Assembly: GCA_030141605.1 (NCBI GenBank)
Contig: JAQGDQ010000047.1
Coordinates: 186,001 to 250,000, forward strand
Length of the DNA stretch: 64,000 nt
Reading direction: 5' to 3'
Origin: Tubiluchus corallicola
Lineage: Eukaryota > Animalia > Priapulida
A program made the position numbers and the translations under genes. Positions 40,601 through 52,600 of the stretch are shown here, piece by piece (the stretch's first letter is position 1; every line of letters starts with the position of its first letter). The notes under the pieces are model-generated. The model searched no databases, was not told the DNA's origin, and worked only from the letters and a program-made list of their open reading frames with translations.

Positions 40601-43600
40601 ATGCTCAGCAAGCTGGCAATTTAGGAAAATCGCTTTTCACGATCAGCGACACCCAAGGTGACCAATGGTACAAAGCGCAAGTTGAGATTGTGACTTCGAC
40701 ATATTATTCTGTGAGTAATATTATTTTTGCAGTTAAGCTGAATAATGCAAAGAATTTAATTTTTTACTTTGATATTTGGATTAGTGCCCTTAACTTATGA
40801 CTAGATGTTTTGGTCTTTTATGTTATTGCATTTCATGTTGATTTAGTTTTTCTATCTTACTACAAGTGGTTTTAAATGAAGCTGTTGAGCATCTAGCTCT
40901 GTTCTCCATAAACCGCTTTCAAAGTTAATAATGTGTAGGAGAGAGCCTGTGCTTACCATAGAGATTGTCCTAAGATCTTTGCTTTTACTCAGTTAACAGA
41001 TGCTTCTCTAAACGACTTAACTGTAAAATAACTTTCACACTTTAAATTGATGTTTTTACTGCAGGATTTTTCAAGGAATAACTAGATACGATCTGTGCTT
41101 AATGCAGTAGAACATGTAAATTGTCATTTAACCGACTGAGATTGCTAAAATTATGCACTTTTAACCTATCTATCACCTGCATATTAATTTCAATAACCTG
41201 TATCTGTAACTGGTTGATGTAATTTCCTAAGCACGGGTGCACAAACTTTAGAAATTTTATCAGATTAAGATTAAGATTAAGATTGTTTGCTTATCTTTTT
41301 TAAGTTTGGCAGTGCATAAAATGATAGTTTAACAAACTAATAGATATTCATTAGTAGCCTGTTTGGTGTTAAAAAGGTTAATTGTATGGAGAAATTGTAT
41401 GATTATAGTCCAATCATAGATATCTGAAAGTGATATTAATTGATTTGACAGCAAACAAATCTTGTTCACTTGCAAATTACTGTTTCAAGAAAATTTGTAG
41501 TTTAAACAAAGAGATGCCTCATTTTAAGTTTTTAAACTGCTGTGGCTATGGTTTTTATCGTATAATCGTATTCCAATAATTTTAATAAAAACTCTGTTTT
41601 AATTGCTTTACAAATTGTTTAGGTTGTTTTTGAAGGCATAATTGGCTCAGGTTTAAATGGTGATATGGCAATAGATGATGTTTATCTGCTTGATACACCG
41701 TGTCCTGACCCGTACAAGTGTGACTTTGAATTTGATTTGTGTGTGTGGACAAATGACCAGCAGATGGATGACTTTGATTGGATTCGTTTCACAGGACTGA
41801 CACCGATGAGTAACACTGGCCCTGAACCTGGTGATCATACTTACAATGGCACAGGTAATCTTAAATGTTATCTTATATTAATACATATGCACATAGGTGC
41901 ATTCTTGTTTTCTGATAGTGACTTTATGTTACTGATGTTTACTATGCTCTGCATGTATTCTTAAAACAATATTTGTAACAAAAATGTACATGGCCCCACT
42001 TCTTAATTTGGCATGCTTTTTTTATTTTATGTAATATTTTTTTGGATTGCTGTTTGTTTAGTAACACCACTTTTATATGGTCTTTCTACATATTTAAACT
42101 GTTTATGATAACGTACCAAAAAAAAATTATTCTTGAAATCTTATAATTTAGTCAAGGTGCTGAGCATTCATACTTTTTTCGTCATTGCCTTCAACCACGA
42201 TCACAAATGCTCACCATTTGTCTGCTTGTACACAACATGTTGTTGACTTGTTTAGGTTGGTACATTTATGCAGATTCCTACTTCCCATTGCAGCAGGGTA
42301 TGAAAGCAAACCTGCTGTCTCCTGAGCTTAGTCCAAAAACTGATCGTTGTCTAAGTTTTTGGTATTTCATGCACGGAACGGCAATGGGAGATTTGAATAT
42401 TAATGTTCGCGGAGCAACTACTGGAAGTACTCAAAATTTGTGGAGTCGTGGTCACGAGCAAGGAAAGACTTGGTTATTTGGGTAAGTGTATCTGGTATTT
42501 GCAATTGTTAATTACCAGAACCAGTGTTGGAGTATGTGTTTTTTCCTTTCTTTTTTGCATACTAATCTAACCCGGGATTTTATTAATTTTGCTATATAAG
42601 TCACATAGTAAAACTATTATCATTCACACTATTAATAAACTAAGACAGTGTCGTCCAGAAAAAAACTTTGCCCCAAATGGGCTCATAACCATCTATCCTG
42701 TTTGAGGTATCTGTAAGAGTAATCCCACATCATCACGTAAAACGGTTTTCCTTTTTTCCAAAGAGCTGTAATTTCCTTTCCAAGGCCCCACCAAGTGCCG
42801 CTAGAACTAGAACATTTTCTCTGCACAGTGTAATGGCAATTGGCGAAAATGACCATCTTTGGAAGTTTTTTGTCTGCCGCTCATAAAGGAACACAATTAC
42901 AAAAAATGTCTTAGCAGCGCTTGGTGGATCTGGACAGTATATTTATAGCTCTTTTTTAAAGAAAGAGAAACTGAGCAACATCATGGTGTGGGCTTTTTAC
43001 AAATGCCTCTGCCAAGATGAAATGCTACAAATTAGTTTGGGGAAATGTTTTTCTTTTCTGGAAGACCCTGTAGATCTTACGAAGATTGGACTCCATATTC
43101 AAATGTAACTTACTAACAAATATAATCCCTAATAGTATATAACTACAAAGAATAAAACTTACTGCTGAAATTTGTAAATAACTGCATTGATTTTCATTTC
43201 CTTCTTTCTGTTTTTAGCAATGTAACAGTTCCGGCAATGTCGGAAAATAGTATCATTATTTTGCAAGCCGTGCTGGGTGGTTCTTACTATTCAGACATTG
43301 CTCTTGATGACATTCAAATCGCAGATGGTACTTGCGCTTTGGACCCTGGACCTCCGCCAGACTTTCTCTGCACTATGGGTGGTACAATATCAGCTGATAA
43401 AGTGTGTGATTTTGTTTGGGATTGCTTTAACGGAGAGGATGAAATTAACTGTGGTAAGTCTCTAACCTTATTGACATTAAAAACTAAGTTTCTAAAACAA
43501 CCTATACATGCAGATCATGTTTGTTAGTTCATTAAGCTCTTCTGAGGTTCATTTCACTTTTTCACTTACGAAATTTATTAACTAATTTTGTCCTACTGAG

Positions 43601-46600
43601 TGCACAAGTAATTCTTTTTTTTGAAGTTAAAGAATGATATGCAAATTGGTTTTTTACTTAATGTAGGCTGCAACTAGTCCAGACAGCAAAGCACTGGGCT
43701 ATTCCCTTAAATGTGATGGAAGTAAAGAGCAATATAATATTAAGATTTATAATGACAATTACCATAATAAAATGGTAATGTAGATTAGGATTAGCTTCTT
43801 GCACGTTAAAGCAACCTTTGTGCCAAGTTTCTTGTGATTCTCGTGCTGAACTGGAGACACTGAACTTTTTATTATCAAATTATGTTTTGGTCGCCCATTT
43901 GGCCAATTTTATTCTAATTCCCACCAGCTTCCAGATATACAGCGCTACCTTTACAAAGCATGCATGTGCCAGATTTCACCTTCCTAGTTGCTCTACATCA
44001 TTTTTCAACGAGCTATGGTCATTTTTCAAAAGCTTATTTACATTTTCAAAAATGTACTACATGAATGAGAACAACGTCAAGCGTATGATGAACTGGACCT
44101 ATTTATAGGGTACTTCTCAAGCTAGTTTCTAAAAATCAAAAGCAACTTACATTTGAAGTTAAGAAATAGTGATGAGCATTAGTCTGATTGCTAGCTTTTG
44201 TTGATTTTAGCACAGTCAGGATACAAAAGATCTCTGGCAGGGATTAGTGTTAGTAACTAACAGTGAGAATACAAAAATATCTGACAGCGATTAGTGTTAG
44301 TAACTAACAGTTTGCATAACACAGATGATAAATGAAAAAAAGGTAATATGTCATCCATCACTTTTGCTACAGCATTATCAGCAGAGTTATGCGAGCTGTT
44401 AGTAATAGTTAGTTCAATAATAATGCATTTTGCTTTGAACTATTTTGCCACACATATGATTAGCAAGTAACATCTTTGCTATTTTCTCCTTTATTACTAG
44501 TGTCTCTACATTGTATGTAATTTGTGCAATTATTTGCTTTAGTTTTATCAATGGCTTCCCATGTTTTTGTGCAAGAACTTAGAATAACGATGGCAGTGAA
44601 TAGAACCAATTGTCTTTGCGTGTAAACAAAGCTACCTGAATTAAATAGGTCAATTACAATGGGATCATAATTTTTGACTATAATTTAACTTTACATTAGA
44701 TCTTTTTTGCAAAATATAATTGTGAGAAGTTTGTGACATTTGATAGCATTGTACTTGTTTATTGTGTGTACTAACTACAGTTATTGTATCTCCAACTATT
44801 TAATGACATAAATGACACATGGAAATTAATTTGTCGAATAGTAAAATTGGAAACCGTACATGTACAACAATTCTATTCTTGCTAACAATTTAAAATCTGT
44901 ATTTGTTTATTATAAGGTGATTGCACATTTGAGGATGGTTGGTGCAACTTTACCGAGGAGAGTTATGGATCATTCCAATGGGGACGACATCAAAATGGCA
45001 GTTACACGACAAGCACTGGACCACAAACCGATCATACTACAGGAACAAGTCTTGGCTGGTATGTTAATTGCTATATATAAAGTTGAGTTTTGCAATTGAA
45101 AGGCAGCTGTTAAATATCCGTCCAACGGTTTTGTGTTAAGGCTGCCATAAACTTGTATTGCTAGGTATTTCGCAATTTTTTGCTGGCTTTTACCTTTTAA
45201 TTCACTTTCAAATTTAACCACTGTAACAATCACTTACAATGCGTTCTGATTGTTATATGTAACCTAATAATCACGATATTTGTCATTTGTCGCCTGCTTA
45301 GTATTTTGTTATTTGGTTGTTCAAATTTGTGATTTATGCAAAACTCGATCTTTGCAGCTAACTAAAAATATGTTCACTTATCAAGTGCTTGTTTAAAATG
45401 ATAAAATTCTTGTAATGTATAACTATATTAAACAGGTACATGAATGTTGATGCAAGAAACGGCACAACGTATGACATGGCAACACTGCGCACACCTACAG
45501 TTAGAAATTCTGGTAGTCGCTGCGTGTTTCGGTTTTGGTACCACATGTATGGTTCGTCAATTGGCACTTTGAATCTTGTTGTCACTGAACCACTTCGTGA
45601 ATATCTACTCTGGCAAGAGATGTACAACAAAGGAAATGTCTGGCTTAAAGGAGAGGTTGAGGTTGGTCGCATTCCATCTGAATTTCGCATGTCATTCAAG
45701 GCTAAGAGAAGTACAAGCGTGTTTGGTGACATTGCAATTGATGATACACACTTTGCTGGATGTGCGTTGCCTGAAGTACGCGATTGTCTGCCGTCCGAAT
45801 TCAAATGCAGTCGTGGTTCTTGCGTAAGAGAGGACCTGCTGTGTGACTTTGTAGATGACTGCGGCGATGGGTCTGACGAATTGTCAACTTTATGCTTGAA
45901 CTATGACACATGTAATTTTGACACTTACTCCTTCTGTAACTGGACTCATGACAGGACAGCAAATACTACTTGGCGTTTACAGAAAGGAAAGACATCTTCT
46001 TCCAATACGGGTCCGCTTTTTGACCATACGACCAGATCTGCATCGGGATATTATATTTACGTTGAGGCATCTGGTCAGCAAGAAAATGCTACTGCTAGAA
46101 TTAGGAGTATTGGTTTTCTGTCAGCTGGTGTTGATTCAGACTGTTATTTAAGGTGCGTCGTCAAAATATGTGATCACAATTATTAAAGTTTTTTGGAAAA
46201 TAATAATTTCAACATTTTTAGCAGAATAATTATAAAGTACAGTGTTTTAATTGTAGATTTTTTTACCACATGTACGGCACTACAATGGGCAAAACAACCG
46301 TGTACGAAATGTCAGATCGTGGTATAATGAACAAACTGTGGGAACGATCTGGGAATCAAGGCAATGCTTGGTATCAGGCAATCATAAAAATTGAAAATAC
46401 TGAACCATTCCAGGTATGATCTATCATTAGGAAATCATGTGCATGTGACTTTACTCTGTTTGTCAGTTTTCCTTGCTGGTGATTTCACAGCTAGGCGCAG
46501 GACCAAATGCGCTACAGCAAACTTTTACTTGTGTTTCTTCAGCTTTTTGACGAACAGTATAAAACTTTATGCGCTTTTTTGAGCAGGTGATGGTTTAAGA

Positions 46601-49600
46601 TATTTTGAAGTGTTAAAAATGTACGGTGTTTCAGATGTCCCTCACTAATTTGTAAATTTTTTTTATAGGTAATTCATTAAAAATGTTCGTATTTAGTCAT
46701 TGATTAACTAAAACTTTTAGTCAGTGATTGGGAATTTCTTTGAGTTTACATTTAAAGTTTTGCATTGTTTTTTCTGCTACGGTACTGACTGTAGATCAGA
46801 GGCATACAATTGCTGCGTGGCTTTGTATAGAAAAGAGTGTGATATATATGTAAATTAAAGTTGCTCCAGTAGACTTATGACACCAAGTTTGATGCCACTA
46901 AAATTCTCTTGACTCACTGACTCAGCCACCAAATTGTCATTTTGCTCCCTTGTATTTGCTATTATTTTTAATAATTTTTTTTTAAAAATGGGGTCTTTTG
47001 AAATGTCCAAAGATTTAATTTTATAACTTAACTTATTTGTCAACCAGGATACATGTTCTGTCTTTCATATTAAATTTGATCCGGAGTAAAAAGGTTCTGC
47101 TAAGTGCATTTTTCCTAAGAAAGTTTCATTTATATTTAGAATTTACATCATAGACACTTTTTCACATTATGACACTTGTTATTTCAGATTTTCTTAGAAG
47201 GATCAGTTGGCAGTAGCTACTATAGTGACATGTCTATAGATGACATCAGTTTCAGTCCCGGGTGTGTACCGATGGATGGAGGTAGTTTCACCACATTAGC
47301 GCCAGTTCAGTGCGATGAAAAGACGCAGTTTACATGCTTTACCCATGCGCACTGTATTCCTCTCAGTCAAGTGTGTGACTTCACCGCACAGTGTCCAGAT
47401 GCTTCAGACGAACAAGTCTGTGGTAACCTTTATAATTTTCTTTTTGGATTTTATGATGTATTTCTTCGTTACATTTAGTCATTACAACTACTTTATGTGA
47501 GCTAAATTTTCAAAGTCAGTAACATACTGTGATTAAGAAATGATACTTTGCTAAAGGTAGAAAAACCAGTAAAAGAGAATAGTTGAGTAAAAAAATGCAA
47601 AAAAATAGGAAATCTATCAGAAGTTCATTATGAAATCTCTCATTATGGAATCACAGACTTGACCAAATCTTGTTTTGACTCGAATACACACTGTGGTATT
47701 AGTTACAGGCTGATCCTGTCAACAATATTGTTGTCTTTGTTCCAACTTTATTTGTCTAGTATGTTTCATTTCTAGGATGCTATTAAAATTTTACCCTTTG
47801 TCAGCAAACAACAGCCAAAAAAATAAGCACGAAGCTCTGTAGAGCAGCATTGTATTGAAATAAATGGAACTGATTATAATGGGAGTTATAGAGAAAGGTT
47901 TACAAGGCTTGTTTGCACATATAATGTATGTTGTTAGCTCATACATACCTATTACTGTGGAAAAAGCTTGATGTCTTTATTAAAAGGGATGAGTAATTAG
48001 AAAATTTATTTGTCGTAGGTTATCACTAACATAATCTGATGAATTTGTCTTTTTAACATCAATTGTTAGGTGAATGTGATTTTGAAACTAGCACTTGTGG
48101 TTTTACTGATGCAAGTACTACGGCATACTTGTGGTCCCGCACTAAAGCAGATGCTTCTACTGGTTTCTACCCACCGCCCTACGATCATACCTCATTGACA
48201 GACCAAGGTTAGTTGCGTTACTCTTTTATTATTTGTGTTCAAAGCACTTTAGCCAACGTGTTAGTAAATGTAGTCTTGACTAAACAGTATGTACTTTCAC
48301 TGAGGATCAGAAAATATTTTTAAAAAAAAAGTAATAAGTAAAACGAACAAGATTTTTTTAAAGTAAGTAAAAAATTAGATTTTTTATTTTGCCACCGCTT
48401 GACACGATCAGTTTCACTGTGATCAATTTCAGTTTCTTTAAGAGAAAGTTAGTTAGTGTGGCATTGTGTCACTGCACTAATTATTGCATTGATTTTTTAA
48501 GGTACATTCTTTCTTTGCAGGTTACTACATGTTTGCAAATGGCATGACTGCTGGTACTTCTGTTACCTATGCACACTTGGAGACAAAAACATTTCAGGAA
48601 ATCCCATTGACATGCCAGCTAGAGTTGTGGTATTACTTGAATGGTGGCACATATGGTATGAACATTCCTCTAAATTAATGTGTAAAAATCTAGATGGTAG
48701 CTTTTTGTATCCACATAAATTTAGGAATATTATTTTCTGTTGCATCTGAGTTTTGTGTGTTTAATGATTTTTGCTCTCTGGTTATAATGACAGACAAATA
48801 ACTCGCTAGTAAACAAACATGTTTCTCAGTCCTCGAAATTTTATTCCAAGACAGGTGGATTTACAATTTCATAAAATTAAGATGCCATTGATCATCTTAA
48901 ATAATACATTTAGTCACAGTACACAAATTAATATTAGTCAATCTTTCAGAATTTCTTTAATGTGACTAGTCTCGTGCTGTTTTGGTAGTATACATATGCG
49001 TGTCCATTTCTAGCTTTTTATTGTGCACTTGTTTTTGAACTGTAGGATACTTGTACTTCTACATGGTAAATGCAACAAATGCAAATGACAGAATAAGTAT
49101 GACTTATGTATACGGTAACAAAGGTACCCAGTGGAACAAGGTCATGTTAAACATTGGAGGTTTTGCTGCTGGTAGAAAGGTAAACTAGTTCAATAAAAAT
49201 AAATAAAATTATGGTAAAAACAAATATCTAAAATGAGATTTACTCAACTCTGATTTCAGCAGAAAATTTTGTGTTAAAAATGTCCATAAGAAATAGGTAA
49301 CACTTTTTATTTGCTTACAAAAGCAAGAACAGTAAGGTAAAAGAAATTAAAAAAGGCCATTTCCTCTCTTAACTGTATTAGCCATACATTATCTGTGTTG
49401 AAGAAAAGCAATGTGATTAGGGATAAAATTGGTACAGTGTACATTACGTACCCGCGTCAGGGAATAGCTAAGATAAATTTAAATAAATTAATCTATAAAG
49501 TAAATCAATCATATAAATAAGTAAAAAAAATAAATTAAAGATGATTAAAATGTTTACACAAGTTTATCTGACTAAGTTATCTTGTGTTTCTGGATTGTAA

Positions 49601-52600
49601 TAATCTAAATTATATTGCATAAAATTTACTTTGTTAAAACTCACATTATGTGAAGGACAGTCCTTGTAAATGTATGTAAACGTAGAGTCATCATACCGAC
49701 AGTTTGTCATTGCTAACTAGGTGCTTATGAAGTTAAGTGAAAGAAACCAGTCTTATTATACCTATTCATTTTGTTGCAATAATTAAGTACAAAGTAGTTA
49801 AAGGAAAATTATTCATGGTTGTTCAACAGTTAGGCTACTTTCTTACTACAAGATTAGAAAGCAGTACAAAAAGTTAGAAGTAAACATTACAAAAGTTGCT
49901 ATTTCAGCCATTTCATTGGCAAAATTGTTGCACTTTGTGTTGCTTTTTTTAACAAAATCCAGAAGAACTTGCAGGTAAAACACCAATGTTCAAACTGCAT
50001 TGGGCTTATTTAATAAAAAAATATAATAGTACAAAATAGCTCTGAACATTTTTGTTTTGAATGCTTTTTAGCAAGTGCAAAATTCACAAAACTTTGCCTA
50101 CTCTCTGCATTGCTTTTGTATACTGAAATAAATCACTTAAATGTTTTGCTAGCTCCAAGTCGAGGCACGGACATACCAGAGAATAACAACTACAACGGCA
50201 ACACCAGGAGGCACGACTCCCAGGCCTTACTATCCTATGGATATAGCAGTCGACGACTTCATCTATCATAACTGCGAATTTGGTATTAAGGATATTGGTA
50301 TGTAAATACCCTACAAAATCTTTGGCTCTTTTTTGCTTGTGAAATAGTACACCGACATTTGTGAGCATTATGTTTGTACATTTCTTGTGAATAACGAAAA
50401 ACATTTTGAGTTTGGCTGTCTTAATTATTGAATATTATATACCTTTATTATAATAAATTTATTTGAACTATTGTCGTGATAAAGGTAATGTCGTATTTTA
50501 CATTCTGGTAGAAGACATCTGCAGAAACGGACAACCCCTCTGTTGGAACTTTATTTTAAGAACAGGTGGCTCTGTTACATCTAATTAAATATTAGACCCC
50601 TATTTAGCATGTTCATATTAATTAAATAAATTGAAATAAATTTAATTTAAAATTGCCCTTAATTATAATTGCATACAAAAAAACAATGTTTTTTAGTGTC
50701 GAGTTGTTACAAGTTACACTTGTGGCATGCTTTATTATTCGTTTTGTTTCAGAATTGAATTGCACATTTGAACAAAGCTCATGTGGCTGGTATCAAGAGA
50801 AATCTGATGATTTTGACTGGACTAGGCAAAAGGGGTCGACTTCTTCGATAAACACTGGGCCTGGCTTCGACCACACAACTGGCACAAATCAAGGTGGCCC
50901 TTTTGTAATAACAACGTGTTATTTTGGAAATTGTGTAGTATCTTATTTTGTTTTGCTCATTTGTTGTTTGTGTTTTTCGTTTGAATGATAAAAAGTGCAT
51001 TTAGTGTTTCAAGATATTTGATATTTACTTTTGCAATAAGTTATTTTTTGTTGTCATAATTTAACAAAATATTTACACAGTTAAGTATGTGTGTCAGATT
51101 TTTACAGTAAGAGTGCCATAGTGTAATATCACTTATTCATGTTCTGACCCAACACCTTGGATCTTCTGTTATTGAACTTAAGGACTGATATTTCCATGTC
51201 TTCATATTACAGCCCTTTCAGCAATGATGTCACTGATGTGTCATTTTGATTTCATAGTAACCATTGCCTAAATTATATATATATTTAGTTTAATGCTTCA
51301 TCCTCTCAAAAGACATGACACAAAATGTGGCAAGACGAACATTACTACGCTTAATTCAATTTTTCTGACAACTGAGTAATTCAAACAGGTGGAAGCAAAA
51401 AGTCCATTTTGTTACAGTTTATAAGGCAGTTTGAAAATCTCACTCATGCCATGCAAATGCCACTGCCATCACTAAGCATGTTCGTGTAACACTAGAGGTC
51501 TGATATGCGTAACTGCAAACAAATGATTTGGCTCCATCAGTACACATATCATTATTACTTTTCAGGATATTATATGTACATTGAGACTAGCGGCCCTCGT
51601 CCTGGCTATACAGCAAGAATGGTCACCACAGAACAAGATGCCGTGCCTCAAGGACAGTGCCTAACATTTTGGTATCATATGTATGGGCAAACAATTGGCA
51701 CTCTGAATGTATATTACAAAACTGATAATTCAGAGAACCTGATCTGGACTTTAAGTGGCCAAAGAGGTTTGTGTTTGATGTTTTGGTTCAGGACTGTTTA
51801 CATCTCATATAAGTGATTTCAGATGAAAATGCACATTTGGTAACAGAAAAAGGTCGTGGTAACTGGGTGCCTAAATTCTGTCTGGCTTATTGAAAATATT
51901 TTGCTTTTGCCATGTTTTGTGTGACTTGTAAAAACACAATTTTATTTTTCTTCAGGAAACCAATGGTGGTTTGGTACATCTTTTTTCTCGTCATCAAAGA
52001 AATACACTGTACGTAATATATAGAATTTCACTTTTAATCTCAGCATTTTCAGATTTTTGTATTTAACTCAATTTACTAACAAAATAATGTAGCTCAGTGT
52101 TTTTGTTAACTAAGGATCGTAATATTTTACTGTGTAGTTTAAAATCTACTATGAAGTTTTATTACCGTGATGATGCTGAGTCATGGGTGAAACTAGTGTT
52201 CACTGTTAACAGTTTTTGCCTTTTAGTTGAATTTGTTTAGTTTGAAAATTTGTCGATAGATGTTTTATCAAATTTATCAACATAATGTTCATGAGTTAAA
52301 AATTTACTTGCTCTGCTACGTGCAACAATAAAAAAGTACATGAATATAATTTATTTATGAATGTAAAGTGTAAAGGAATGTAAAACGGGTTTCCTGGCAT
52401 GGCAGTGTGTATTTTGTAATTCATGATATTTGCATGTACATATACTCTCATTTAAAATAAAAATGACATTGTCTTGAATGATTTTATTTATGTTTTTAGA
52501 TTATCTTTGAGGGTGTTGTTGGATCAAGCTTCACAGGAGATATAGCTGTAGATGATATTGAAATCTTGCCTGGACCTTGCCCGGCAACAAGTTAGTAGTA

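Noticed and set aside
45358-45804. 148-aa minus-strand ORF, and similar antisense ORFs over other exons
   Set aside because: These are shadow frames of real + strand exons with no independent protein features.
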